A stretch of 63,888 bases of DNA, filler included, from Choristocarpus tenellus KU-1152 (taxonomy: Eukaryota > Protista > Phaeophyceae): the NCBI GenBank assembly GCA_964200185.2. It is 10 parts of 10 records of this genome, joined end to end, with 100 filler letters (N's around TTAATTAATTAA, not from the genome) between each part and the next. Parts side by side here need not be neighbours in the genome. Positions count along the whole stretch, not along the records: positions 1 to 13,710 come from CAXNAD020001400.1; 9 more parts are not named here. One strand, written 5' to 3'. Both the position numbers and the translations under genes were made by a program. Below the pieces are notes generated by a model. It had not been told where the DNA came from. It did not search any database and saw only the letters and a program-made list of their open reading frames with translations. This document shows positions 1 to 13,229 of the stretch, in pieces (the stretch's first letter is position 1; each line of letters begins with the position of its first letter).

Positions 1-160
1 TGCTTCATGCTAGGAGGGCATGTTACAGGCGATATGTCTTGATGGCGGTTTCATAAACACCATTGTGACCTTGAAGTCCTAGACTTGATATATTTTTACT
101 TCGTGACTATTTAGTTGTTATTTAGTTATTACCATGCCCCCACGTGGAACATCTTTGCCA

Positions 161-1784
161 GTTCCTTTTATGTGATGATATTGATACTTATGAAGGGAAT
201 GATCCAAGTAAGAGATATAGCATACTTGACGACTTGACCATCAGGAGTCCTATACGTGCATCAGCGACGTCTGTAAGCTTGTGGACTGGGGCTATGTATC
301 CCGTGGAGATAAGGTATGGAGTGTGCTGTAACACTACGGCTAGATCTATGGCTACAGCCAGAGCTAGAGTTTGGGCTAGGGTTAGTCCTGATTTTGACCA
401 ATTTTGTATAGAACGCATGTATCCAGTTGATCGGATTGGTAGTTCATGCATTATTTGTGTTGACACCTGTAGCAAAAACAAAAAAAATCTCCCACAGTAT
501 CTTCTGTATGTATGTAGGAAATGTATGGAGATGACAATCCACTATATCAGAGAAATGCAGTGCAGTAAACGTCACCAATGTATGTTGCGTATTTGAGTAG
601 TGGTTGGTTGCCGTTGCAGTTGAGGGGGGGGTCAGCGTGACTATGAGAATGATCAGTGCTACTACCAGCCGGTCCCTAGGGCTACCCAAGTCAACCACGA
701 CTGGTCACTGCACCAAATGGGCATAGACGGTGATTAGATTGGGCAGTTGAAACGATAATCGTAGTTCTGTGGATGGGTTTGGTGTCAGGTTGAAAAATGC
801 CTGCTAGGTGAGGGTGATTGTCTGCTGCAATAACAGCATACCATGTTGATGTATGGGGTTTTGTCGCGAACCGTGTGATTACCACAGATACTCAGTATGC
901 CAGGGTATATAACAAGCTCAAACTCCTGTGAGTCTGAGGACATTGTTACGAGTGGGAGCCGAGCTCTATGATGTATTTTTTCACCACTATTTGGTCCAAA
1001 GTGTCCTAAGGAGGGGTGGGGTGGGGGGTTAGCCCATACCATCCATTCGAGGTCTGATGGAGTGTTATGAAAAAAAACAGTTCGATGGCCATTTTGCGGA
1101 AGATTCTCTTTTGGATCTGGTGCAGGCAGGGGGATGGAAAAGGAAGGGTGCAGAGATGAAGGATATTGTTCTTACATCTAACATATTCACTCAAATGACA
1201 ATAAAATTACTACAGGGTCACAAAGGCCCCGAATGGACGCCTGGCCCCCAATGAAATGCTATGGGCCTGTTTGTGTAAGATCGTTGTTTATCAATCTGGA
1301 GTACTTAGTAGTGGTACGTATTAGTCGTGTTCGTGAATATAAAAACGCACTGTTGGTCTACATACAATTAGCTATTCAAACCCAGCAGCATTTGTTCAGA
1401 ATGAGGAGACTTAAACCCTGTTTGTGAGTAATTGTCTTCGGTCGGTTTGGGAGAAGTACTATGTGTGCAGGGGGGATCCCATCATTGTTGGATCCTCACT
1501 TGAAGTGGTCAACACTTTTACACATTCTTTGACAACCCTTTCTCTTGCCATTGTTCTTCTGCTCACCATCGCCTGCCAGCACAACACTTGCACCTAAGAA
1601 ACACAAACAATACTCCCAACTAATGCAATAGTACATTGGAGTACTTCATTGATATGTTGTCGATAGTTCTTTGGAAGATGCTAATATACCTGCATATCAT
1701 CCTTCTGAATCGTCTCCTTGTCCTCTCACAGGATACCTACAAGTATTCCTCTGAACTTCCTTGTTCCACGCAGGGTTTACCAGG
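161..1784 (+). CDS. Fragment of a spliced gene of unknown function (possibly PA14-like beta-sandwich)
   Basis: Exon ~161-313 (ccag|...ATAAG|gtatgg) encodes FLLCDDIDTYEGNDPSKRYSILDDLTIRSPIRASATSVSLWTGAMYPVEI. Phase-compatible candidate exons at 498-505, ~888-928 and ~1732-1783. VSLWTGAMYPVEI resembles the PA14 'V.L..G..YPI.I' strand, but only weakly. Confidence 0.3.
993..1267. mobile_element. MITE family E, copy 1
   Basis: Ends GGTCCAAAGTGTCCTAAGG...GCTATGGGCC. The body (GCAGGGGGATGGAAAAGGAAGG) matches 3627-3903 in inverted orientation. Confidence 0.7.
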
Positions 1785-1971
1785 GTAAGGGGAAAGGCCC
1801 TCAAAATGAAGTTGTTTGTATGTCAAAATATAGAAACAAGAGACTGGTAGGAGTTTTTGTACTTTCCTCGATGACAGTCCTTTTGTACTCCTCTCAAAGC
1901 GAAGTCCGGTGGCACTAAGCCATTGACTTCATAAGGTAGTGGATCGCAAGTGAACTATTCAGTTTGGTAAT

Positions 1972-2146
1972 GACTCAAAGTATCTGGGAGGGGGGATCTA
2001 CATCAGGGTGTCCATTCGGGCCCTTATCAGGAGAACTAAACTCACACTATCCATCCAACGCATGTCACCAAATCACCCAAAAATCCCGACATGGAAAAAT
2101 GGGCCACGAATGGACAGCCGCCACCCCCCCCCAGATAATTGGAGCC
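1972..2146. mobile_element. MITE family A (~175 bp)
   Basis: TIRs GACTCAAAGTATCTGGG...CCCAGATAATTGGAGCC. Many related copies occur in the window. Confidence 0.85.
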
Positions 2147-2206
2147 TGATGAGTGAAGAGCTGTTTCTGCCCATCACAAATTGTCCCTGCGTTCATGTTT
2201 AATCCT

Positions 2207-5200
2207 TCATGCAAGGTGCCTCCTCATGCAATACAGGTCCATGTGGTCATCCATCTCTGACAGTCGCACCTTTAGGAGAAACCAATGTTTTTTTGCGGGA
2301 GATGCCAAGCGCTTCATTAATATTTGGGTCACCAAAGATACCCAGCAGTTCAGTGTGTTTGGTTGTCCATATGGGACCTTTCCGTTTACAGTCGCAAGGT
2401 GCCTAGGACATAAAGAAAGTCTAGGGTCACGTTACCCTCCTAGCAGATTCTAATGACATGGGTGAACCCAAGAAAGAACTACCTAGGGAATCTCAAATCA
2501 CCATACATGACCAACTGTCTTCGCCAAGTTCTATCATCAAGTGAGGAATGTTCTTTGTATGGACTTATGCGCACCTTTTTCGAGCATCCCAATGGACAAT
2601 TAATGAATCGCATTGAGCAGATATGCTTGTGGTGGTGCTGACGTGTGTCAGCTATCATCTTTTTTCCACATCCCTAGCAACAAAATATGTAATGGTTATG
2701 GAGGGATAAGGGTGTGCGTGTCTATGTGTATAGGGTGAGTGTGTGTATGGGCATGAGTGTGTGTATAGGGTGAGCTTAACAGGTGCGAACTAGGCAAAGG
2801 GAGGGTGGAAGTAGGGCGAGAAGTCATGAGATAACGCACTAGTCCAGTGCGTGAGGTTGGTTGAAGGTAAAATGAATGAGTGAGTCTCAGTCCCCAGAGT
2901 GAACAGATAGGTATCAGACACGGACGCAATACGCATATCGCCCTAGATTTCTCGAGGAGTTATTCAGAGCGCCTTCTTACTTCTACAGCAGCTTCGTGCA
3001 TCTTGGGGGAATATTCTGAAATATATATATTTAAATCAATCTTATTGTATACCATAATCATATTTTTTTATTGTGTTTTCAGTGGGAGATCCATGTTGAC
3101 TAATCTATATAATTCTCTTGCTTGTCGTCTTCCCAGCATTTGTAGTAAAACCTTAGACTCACCCTCGGTACAGGTATGCATGAATGTTTTGTGAACACTC
3201 AACATGAGTATTACTCTAGGGTGTAATAGTACGATACGAGTACAGAGATGACCACAGGAAGCAAAAATTGAGTCCAGAATCTTGACAACAAACGTACACG
3301 AGCAGTACCAAGTGTGCCTGTCTCCATGTATTTGAGGTGGGTTAGGGTTAGCTTCAGGATTCATATAGGTGGGCTTTAATGTGAGTATAGCCCTGCTGCA
3401 GAGATAGGACAGGGCTTTTCCTGAGTGGATACACTGTGCAACAAACCTGGAGGCACCAGACCTGACGCCTTGAGCAGTCCTCTGCCTGGTGCCGAGCCAT
3501 TTCATCAGCTGGTAGGTGCATGAAGCAACCTATGAGATCGCACCTGATCATCCTCCGCCTGCCAACATTTACCAATCAACCAAGGTGAAGAGTTGTAGAA
3601 ATGTAAAGGTACAGGGCCACACCTTGGACCCATAGTATCCTAGAGGGGGGGTTAGGTGTCCATCCGGTACCTGTGTGAACCTGCAGTGATTTTCATGCCA
3701 TCTTATTGAACGTATCAGATGTAAGTAAGGGCATTTTCTTTTGTCTGAACGCACCTTCCTTTTCCATCCCCCTGCATGAACCAAATCCGAGGGAAAATCA
3801 CTTGCAAAACGGACATTAAACTGGGGTATCTCACAACACCTCACCAAGCCCCGAGTGGGCAACCTGGTCTAAATACCCTCCCCCTTAAGAGACCCAATGG
3901 GTCATACCGCTATTGTACCGATATACCGCTTAAGGTTTAAGCTAGGTAAGCGATACTGCCATTAATTTCTTGCTTGTACATGGTCCAAAACGGCAGGAGT
4001 AGGAGCCAAAGTATCTTAGAGGGTATGACCGCGTACATTTGGGGGCCAAACCCAATGTTGCGATTTTGATGTAATTTTGACCATCGTGTTTGATAGGAAG
4101 TTTCAATGTCCTTGTTCCGCATAGCCTATATTTCTGAAGGAATACAGGTGTTTTGACGTAAGTAAAGTGAAATTTTGTTGGGAGCGTTATGTATGTTTAG
4201 GGATGTACAAAATCGAGAATGACTCCTCGGCATTCCCTCTTTTGTGTAGTAGAAAACGGCGGAGGGGGATGGAAGGGTCATTAAGTACAACACTCATTGA
4301 ACGAAACAACACTATCCCAGAATGTTCCTGACAGAGCAGTTGAAGGAAGAATTCCACGAACCACAGCCTTTTAACTCCAGGTGGGACAATAAACCAGCCC
4401 TCCCAACCCCTCCAGACCACCAGGACATACAATCCCAAGGAATGACCTCCCATTACCATCCCACTGATGTGCCAGATTGTATTGAAGAATGAGGGAGATT
4501 AAACGAGAGGTACCCAGGTTATTTCCGTCTTGCATTTTAAGTCTGTTTCTCAATCTTTTGGAATTCAACCATATTTCTAGAAATGAAGTTTGAAGTTTCG
4601 CTTGAGGAATTTTATTTCTCTTTTATTTGAAACTTTCCCAACACAATTAAGAAAATATCCTATACACATTTAAAAAAAGCCGAACTTTGTGCGTATTTGC
4701 TAGACCCCTAAAATGAAACTCTGGGTACCTCTAGTTCACTTCGATTCAACGAACTGCTGGATCTTCTTCTTTCTTAAAAATAACAGACAAGGTCTCGAGT
4801 TACAAGACAGAGTGCATTTGAGCGACTCCATTAATCACACTACTGTTTAACCTCAACGCTCTAGCTCTAACTACATTATCCAGGAGAGAACAGAGGTAAC
4901 ATGATGCTTGCACCCGTTAGTGCACTCTCCAGTGAAGCATAACCAAAGCGACGACACCCTCTTGATCTGAACCTAACCTGATGCCTGATGTATGCACGAG
5001 GATGTCAATATACTACATGATAGTTTACTCAAAAATTAAAGTCCACCTCCAAACTCCACGTAGAGGATCTGTCAAAAACAGGGATCCCTCATCCCTTCAA
5101 CAATTGTTTGAAGGTTACTCAACAATGGTTATACACAACAAGCACAGCTGAATCCACCTCCTCCAGAGACAACTCGATATTGCCGTCCTAAGGGCTTTTG

Positions 5201-8200
5201 GTGACTTCTGTCTATGCTTCTGCTGACACCACCATTGCTTTGTAGCACTCTGTACCCACAACAATCTTAGTTCGCCACCAACAGACCCACTATGTGGTCC
5301 CATCATGGCCCAATAAGGCCTGGGGAACAGTCTAAAGAGCACTTTGATATCTCGTCCAGTAGGCACCAACCTTAACTCTGAGGTTAACAATGCCGCCAAA
5401 TAACCAGTGCTGGACCAATAGTTCGCACATTTAGATCTAAAATTAACCTTTGGGTTGGTGCAATACATGCCTGGCATCAAAGCATCAATTCCGAGTAGAT
5501 AGGGAATTCTTGCCTCGAGCACACAGTCTCATTTAGGATCTTGCTTCAAACTACACAACTGTACATGCTCAGGAAGTACAAACATATCATGTTGGAATGA
5601 CTTATTCATCAAATGCCTGCCCAGACTGTTTTAACTGTCATACATGGTTAACCAGGAGAGCCTTGTCCACACAAAGTGGTGATGAAGGTTGGTGAGCTAA
5701 GAGGGCAATATGACACATCCCGTAGTTTACACTGTACAACACTACTTTGTTGATGGTTGGAGGATGTGACCGGGTTTCAATGTTTGATATAATGGTCTGC
5801 GTAGTGCTCCAGATCAAAATTTTGAGTTTTCTTGTTAGGAGGATACTTTTACGCGGGTATGCTTTTGTGAACCTCCTACCTTATACTTGCACACGCCATT
5901 TGACCCTTCGAGACAGCACAAACACACCGAGAAACCAGAAAACCACATCGGATTTTACCCTTCCACACCTGAACTCAATTCCGAAATGTTTTCCGTATGT
6001 AATGAAGTGCTTCAGCAGTTACAGGATTGAAATGTCATCCCAGTGTGTGGAATCATAGCGATACGTCCTGAAGCCAGTATTTTACTTCATCTTGATGACA
6101 ATCAAGTTAAAACTGAACTTTAAAAGAGAGAAATATATTTATTATATTAATGTGTCCTCTGGCATCTTCCAGATGTGTCAGGGAAAAAGTCAAAACAATA
6201 TCACAAGGACCCTCTGTAAAAGTAACATTTGTCGTAAATGGGAAAGATATCCCTCCAAAAACTATGTTACTTGAGTATCAGGTATACTATCTATTATTCG
6301 AAACGTGATGCGAACGTCCTACTTGAAATAATTTTTGGACCTTTGAAGTGCATGTAAATTCATATGAAATGTGGTACGATTACTTGGCTTAGAATATTAT
6401 TGTAGCTTAGAACCATATATATTTATACGAAATGTGGTAGGAGTATATCGTTGAGATTTTTTGTTGGAGCTAACAGAGTCCGTTTCTGGTACTTCAACGG
6501 AGTTTTCCCAATCTTAACAATCAAGGCAACAACAGTTCTTGGCAGAATGTACTCAGAATGGGACATACATTTTCGACTTGATACTTACCATCAACAATAT
6601 CTGTGAACCCCATAGGGTTGCGGGTCAAGGCAAGGACATTTTTTTCTTGAGCATAAACAAACTGGAATTGACATCGGCCAACCTATCTGGTCGAACTTTT
6701 GGGCTGAAATATGGTGTCCATAACATCCATACACACACAGTAGAATGGACAGCTACAAGGCACTAGGCTAAGTTGACTTTCCCTTCCCTATCAAAGTGCG
6801 CAAAACACCATTGAGAAGGTGCAGGCCATCGGTCGATAATAAGATGAGATAGCACCCAAGCATCTCATTCTAGAACCCCCATTAATCTTTCCCCACATTT
6901 TCTGCTGGCCTATTTTCTTGCCTGCATGTGTTTTTCTTGTGCTTTCCCAGTTCTTCAGCAACCACCTTATGTTGGCACTGGGAACAAGTCACTAGGCGCT
7001 TTGGACAATCATGTTTCAGGTGCAGGGGCATGGCTCGGGCAGGAATGCAGCCCTCCTCTCCACAGTTGTGAGGGCACTGTATAATCCTTGCACCACATTC
7101 TTCAGCCTCATGACTGCATAGGTCCTGCCCAACGGATCATTAAAAAAATGAGATCAATGTTGGGCATTACTAAAGATTGCTGACAATTCCAGTTAAAACA
7201 AAACAAATACTTCTATTTGAAGGTTCTGGAAAATTGATCTAAAAAATCCTTAGGGCCAAATGGAAACCACTGAGTGGGTATCCCAAATGACAAAAAAGAA
7301 GTAACCAATGCATATGTCTGGAGCCAGCAAGGCAATGCGCACTGGTCTTTGTTGGGAATCCAACCCCAATCCCACCCACTCCACCTCTCTTACCTTAGCA
7401 CGGACTTTGTATCCACATCCTAGGCCACAGGGCACAAACCTATGGCAGCAGTGAGCCGCAAGGTGTGCTTGCAGTTCTGGTTGGCTGACACTTTCACCAC
7501 AGCGGTTGGGGCACGGAAAAATCATGTGAGGGCAGTTCTCCGTTTCATGTGCCTTGAGGTGCTTTGCCTGTGAGATGAGGAAGGATACATATTTTTATAT
7601 TTGTTACTTACAAGAAACGAACTTGATGCTGGGGTCAAACCAATGGGCACACTGACTCCAGTGTATACTATAGACCATTTGTGTATAAATCCATTCCCAA
7701 TGCCCCAATCACAACTGCCTTGTAGCTTCCCCCTCCCTTTTTCACATTTTTTTTTCTTGCCTTGATGTTCTTCTCGCAGCCCCACTTGCACCTCACCAGG
7801 CGCTCGCTGCAGAGCTTACCCTCGTGTTCCTCCCTTGCCTTCAGCCACATGCTCATTCCACATCCCAAGCGGCATCTCACTCTATTCAAGGGACACGCCT
7901 GCACTGGGGAATGCGGTTGGTGGGGTCATTGTTACTACAGTCCAGATAGGTGGGCACATCGTGGCAAGATAGAAAGAGAGGAAGAAAATATGGGATTGAG
8001 GAGGCATGCTCTGCAAAATACTGAGATATCACTGTTGACAGTCAAACGACTGTCTGCCCCGGTGGAAGAGTAGCATCTCAACATTTCACATGTTCCACAT
8101 TTAGCAACGACAAAATTAGTCGCATAGCAGTTACGCTTGTATTGGTGATGAAACTGCCAAATTCTTTAAATACTAACAAGCACCACAGGAGAAGGGAGGG

Positions 8201-11200
8201 TGGTCCTCGCTGTAGAATTGGAGTGGCGTAAAGGATATACTACTCTATACGTCTGGAGTGCTCTACTATGTGTGCCAGGAACTGGACTACTGTTAGGTTG
8301 AGTTGTTGACTTGGTGCATGAAAACTGAGCAGCAAAGAGCATGTTTCCAGGAAGAAAAAAGAAAAGTCGCACGGCAGTGGGTAGACTATGGTGTATTGTA
8401 AGGAATCCCTTCATGTTGCGATGGGGCTCCGCAACTCATTGTGCCATACCACAACAGCACCTTCTTCTTGTGGTGGTTCATGTCTGATGCCTTGACCATT
8501 TCCCCACACTCCTGCGTGCAGATTATCAACCTTTCCGGACAGGCCTCTTCCAGGTGTTTATCAAGGTCAGCAAATACAACCTTACTCCGGCACGAGGGGC
8601 ACGTCACTGGTCGCTTGGTACATAAGGATGCCTTGCGTAGACAAAGAAGAAGGAGTAGGGTTGCAAGTGAGAGGATGGCGGCTGAGAGTGTGTGGAAGTT
8701 GGGATTTGGGGTTGAATGTTTGCCAAGGTGAAGATCTAGGCAAAGGTGATGTAAGGGAAGGAGTTGAAGCGGTCAAGTGGGTTTGTAAGGTGATGTTGGT
8801 ATCAATAACAGATAGGTGTTCTGTGCAGAAGGCCTCCCAAACACCCAGCAAGTAAGGGATAACATACCACCATTCATTGTGGTTCTTCTATGTGTGAGAT
8901 TTTCAATCCCTGTTCACCAATGTGCATGTGGATATCAAGGTAGCAAAGTTTGTTGCCATATTTATCTTCGTCTTTGGATTGCATGTCACAGGTACTATTA
9001 TTTGTACCAGTAGTACATTATTTTTTTTTGTAGTATGTCCCATTCTAAATGTCTTGTGGCTGTGTATACCATGACTGCATCACTGCGAAAGCTTATTGAT
9101 ATCTGAGGCACATTCAAGTCAGAACCTACCCTGCATGTCTAGGCATCAAAAGCATTAGCACCAGGGTGAAAGTATGTGGCTAAACTCTCCTTGGCACATA
9201 CGGATTCACTGCAAGTGCAATGTGTTACCCTGCAATGTGAAAAGAAATTTACCTCAGGTACACAAAGATTTTGGGTAATTTTCTTTAGACCCAAAGTATC
9301 TGGGAGGAGGGGGGGGTCTATACTAGGGTGTCCATTTGGACCAAAATCAGGAAGAGTGCATTTACAGTATCCATCCGACGTATACAACCAAATCACCCAA
9401 AACTCGCGACATGAAAAAATTGACCCCAAATGGACAGTCGCTACCCCTTCCCAGATACTTTGAGCCTTTATGGAGATCTGTTCCTGATGTAGTTAAATAG
9501 TTTGAGGCTATGTAATGGGAGTGTGAAGACAACGAGGCATGTATGAAAAACACATAGATTAAGGGGGTGAACAATAGCCTCTACTCTAGACTCCACAAAG
9601 AAGGATAGACTTGACCAGATGTGAGCAAAATTTGAATACGTTGACATTGTGTACCTTATAGGCGCCACCTACTCACGGTGAGCCACGACAAAGACTGTTC
9701 TGTTGTCTCCTCTGCACTATGGACAGAATGAGAATAGGAGACAAGGCTGTCAAAATCTAGTGAGGATATGTTTAATGCTACTTTTAGTAGGGTATGCCAA
9801 TGAGAAGTAGAAGGCACCTCAAAGATGAAGTGGTCCAGAGCGTGGCTAGCTGAAGTAGGGGTTGTTATTCTTGATGGGTATAATCACGAGAACAACTACA
9901 GGTGTCAATAGGAGTATATAGAGGCTCAAAGTATCTCTGTGTATGGGGGGGGTCTACACCAGGGTGTCCATTTGGGCCCTGACCAGAAGAAGTGATCTTA
10001 CATTATCCATCCAATGTGTGCAACCAAGTCACCCCAAAATCGCGACATGGAAAATTGGCCCCAAATGAACAGCTGCCACCCCCCCCCCAGATACTTTGAG
10101 TCAGATACTGTAGTAGTTGCAATATCAAATGTAGCCTAGGTTTATATACACTGAAAATAGAACATCATTGCCACACGAACAAGGAGTCAGAGTAAACAAG
10201 AGGTACCCAGAGATGCATCTTAAGAATGCTGAAAAATTTGTCCAAAATCTTCTTCTTTTTTTTCAAATGTGTATAGGATACTTCTAAACTGTGTTGAAAA
10301 AGGTTTCAAACGATAGATAAATAAACGCCTTCAAGTCAAACTTAAAGCCTCATCCATAGAAATATGGACCAATTGCAAAAGATTGAAGAAAGAGACTTAA
10401 TGTCCAAAACGGCCAAAACCTGAGCGCCTCTCGTATACCTTGGGTCAAGGTACCTTCTGTAGTGTGTTACATTAAGGTATTCCAAACCGGGTACAGTTGA
10501 TAAGATATTTGTATAAGGCAGTGCTCTTCATGCTGCCTGCACCTGAATCACACTATCTGTAACAGTATGTCACACACATAAACCAGGGAGATAGTGCAAC
10601 CGTGTATCAGGACATCAATTCCGGTGATGAAGGGGAGAGGCTACAGAGTCGAAGTATACGAGAGTTGCCCAGAGTTGCTTTTCAAAGGTGTTGACAAATA
10701 TGTGCAAAATTTGGCTATTTACAAATGTGTTTTTAGGATATTTTTCTGAATTGTGTTGGAAATGTAACAAAACAGTAGAGGAATAAACACTCTCAAGTCA
10801 AACGTAGTTCTTCATCAATGGAAATATGGGTGGATTGCAAAAGGTTAAAGAGAAAACTTACAATGAAAAACGACCAAAAACCAGGTACCTCTCATTTACT
10901 TTGGCTCACCCTAGGGGAGATGGAGGGGGTGGATTTTGTTTACCTGGTGCTCTGCGTACTCCTCTGCTGGCACAGATAGCCCACACCTCATGCTGCATAC
11001 AAGGGGGCGGCGGGGGCACAGTTCACCCATGTGTCTCTCCAACTCCCTCTGCTGAAGTCGAAGCACCCCACAACCATGAGCGCATTCCACCTGGGCAAAG
11101 TCACCCCCCATTACAAGCTAACAGTGTTAGAAGTAGAGGATAAATAAGTTGAGGTATGGGCATGGTGGTAGGAAAAACGGTATATTGGGGAGGTTAACGG

Positions 11201-13229
11201 CCCCCAAAGCCTGTAGGATTCAGGATCAGTATAGCACTGCACGAGCACGAGGATGAGAGGGGGGGCTTGGGCTATGGAGGAAGGAATGTGAGGTGGAAGG
11301 ACTACGGGGAAGGACTATAGTCAGGAGAAGATGGAACATAGGAGAGGGGAGTGTAGATCAGGTTACTATAATCAGAAACGGGTTTGGGCTTGGGTCCTAG
11401 GCAGCATGAGATAAGCTACTCAGTTAATAAATTCTTCAACATGGAACGGCTGGAGAAAGAAACTAGTTTTGGGTCTTTGAATTGGGCTAGGTGTAAGATT
11501 TTTATATTTGGAAGCACTTTAACTGTATTGAATTCACTGGAATACGGTCAATAATGCTGACTCTTGCAGTTGAGGGGAGAAGATCTTGGTTGGCATGCAA
11601 GTGATATCAGAAGTCTTGGGATCTGTATCCTCATGCCAAGCATTAGTAGAGCTCTTCTTACAGAATGACATGCAGTGAGACCTTAACAACAAGAGTATCA
11701 CACACTAGCTATTGTTTTTTATGTGCTTGTCTTCCTTGCCAAACCAAGGGTAAGACTTGGCAATTGTTCTTGCTGGGGCTGTGCTGTTGCTCTTATAAGC
11801 AATCCCAGTCACTTTTCTGGAAGAAATCATGTCATTACTACCAGCACTAACAAAAAAAAAAGATGACTTGAGAGCACTTAGGGTTAGTTCATGTGTCCCC
11901 AGCACTTGCATTGACACCTGCGACAGCATGTTTACATCCTTTTTGTGATTCCTTTGCTTGATATAGTTATGTCACAGTAAACTATGGAGTGGGGGGGTTG
12001 AATGCTCCCAAGGACACCAACCAATTCTAGTTGGTTATCACTGGACCAAAGGAAGAGCGGATCATGAGGCATAGTTCAGGGGAATCCAGGAAGAAGAACA
12101 ATGCAAAGAGATCGATGGCACTAACTTCAGGGTACAACCTCACTGTTGTTCACCCTAAAAAATGGACATTGAGCACTCCCAACGGGCCAGGTTCCACTTA
12201 TGAATGCTCCAAGATGAAAGTTATGGCATCAACTACTTTACTCCGAAGACCCTTGAAGAACCCACCACTTGATGTAGACATGTCTCCTCGTGCTTGACCT
12301 TGTCTTCCCCAGCAGCTACCATCTTTCCGCAGCCCCACCCACACAACACCAATGGATTTGCATGGCCCCTTTCTGCCGGTGCAATCCCAAGCATCCCTGC
12401 CTCTTTCTAAGCTCAGCGTACATCACATGTGTCAGGTAACAGCCAGGAGGTGACAGAAGCAACCCAATGATTGATTGGTTGTCAGATATTGATAAGTTCT
12501 TTACTCTATTGTTGCAGGCCGGTTTAGTACACACTGTGTATCGTGTATTGGGCTTTTGGGCATGGTGCTCAGGTTGCAGTGGAACTTATTTGAGAGGGCG
12601 AGTGGGTAGGAGTGCCTGTGGTTCAGTATAAGGATACAACTCTAAATACTTCAAAGTACTTTGGAGAGTAAAGACATGCTTGCCACCCTGGAGGATTAGG
12701 GTAGCACTGGAAAAAGATGAAGGAGCTACAAACCATTTTTTTCCATACATACTGTTATGGCGCATTCATGTACTGCAGGACTATTGCATTGGATTATGTC
12801 TATAGAAGCAAAAACATCAAACTGAATCACTCCATCCACACCACAGATCATCCATCAACGCAGCCTCCTTGACAATACGGCAGTGGCTACCAGAGAGAGG
12901 GAAATGCGATTGAGGGACATGATTCGTCTATTGCTCACCCGAGAAATGAGCACCAGCACATCTACAAAGCCTCCCTCGTTGGCAACATCCCATGCAGACT
13001 TGCCGTCTTCACCCTGGACCCCAACGGCAGCCCGCCTCTCAAGTAGCAGCTTCACCACTTCTGCATGGCCTGCGGCTGCTGCCATCACTAGTGGGGTACG
13101 ACGAAGTGTCCCTGTGGGACGATCGATCCTTGCACCCCGATCTAAGAGGACCTCTGCAGTCTCCGGCCTTCCCAGGTGGCACGCCCAAGATAGAGCAGTG
13201 TGCCCCCTTTTGCTACTCTCTAAATCAAT
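2207..13229 (-). CDS. Ankyrin-repeat protein with 14 tandem TRAF-type zinc fingers (5' end not located)
   Basis: Ten phase-consistent exons: 13229-12939 (ankyrin: GHTALSWACHLGRPETAEVLLDRGA..TPLVMAAAAGHAEVVKLLLERRA), 12406-12266, 11090-10944, 8631-8461, 7898-7761, 7567-7394, 7124-6922, 3558-3447, 2673-2575, 2269-2207 (stop TGA). The spliced product has 14 C-x2/4-C-x11/14-H-x3/4-C units, e.g. CPNRCGESVSQPELQAHLAAHC. Confidence 0.9.
3627..3903. mobile_element. MITE family E, copy 2
   Basis: GACCCATAGTATCCTAGAGGGGG...CCCCTTAAGAGACCCAATGGGTC. Inverted homolog of 993-1267, located in an intron. Confidence 0.7.
4003..4125. mobile_element. MITE family B, partial copy
   Basis: GAGCCAAAGTATCTTAGAGGGTA...CCAATGTTGCGATTTTGATGTAATTT matches 63535-63792. 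Confidence 0.7.
4491..4747. mobile_element. MITE family C (~260 bp)
   Basis: TAAACGAGAGGTACCCAGG...CTGGGTACCTCTAGTTCACTTCGATTC. Homologous to 10184-10446, 10646-10907 and 58830-59090. Confidence 0.75.
6140..6270 (+). repeat. Dispersed repeat family F (CAGATGTGTCAGGG core)
   Basis: The same core and flanks occur at ~28590-28690, ~30130-30220 and ~30310-30420. Termini were not resolved. Confidence 0.5.
9288..9466. mobile_element. MITE family A
   Basis: GACCCAAAGTATCTGGG...CCCAGATACTTTGAGCC, flanked by TTTA on both sides. Confidence 0.9.
9923..10102. mobile_element. MITE family A
   Basis: GGCTCAAAGTATCT...AGATACTTTGAGTC with 3-bp TSD AGA. Confidence 0.9.
10184..10446. mobile_element. MITE family C
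   Basis: GAGTCAGAGTAAACAAGAGG...CCTCTCGTATACCTTGGGTC with 3-bp TSD AAG. Confidence 0.85.
10646..10907. mobile_element. MITE family C
   Basis: GAGTCGAAGTATACGAGAG...CTCTCATTTACTTTGGCTC. Flanks are ACA/ACC. Confidence 0.85.

Noticed and set aside
5115-5522. 135-aa intronic ORF in the ANK-TRAF gene
   Set aside because: It is not needed for the spliced frame and has no recognisable domain. A decayed insert cannot be excluded.
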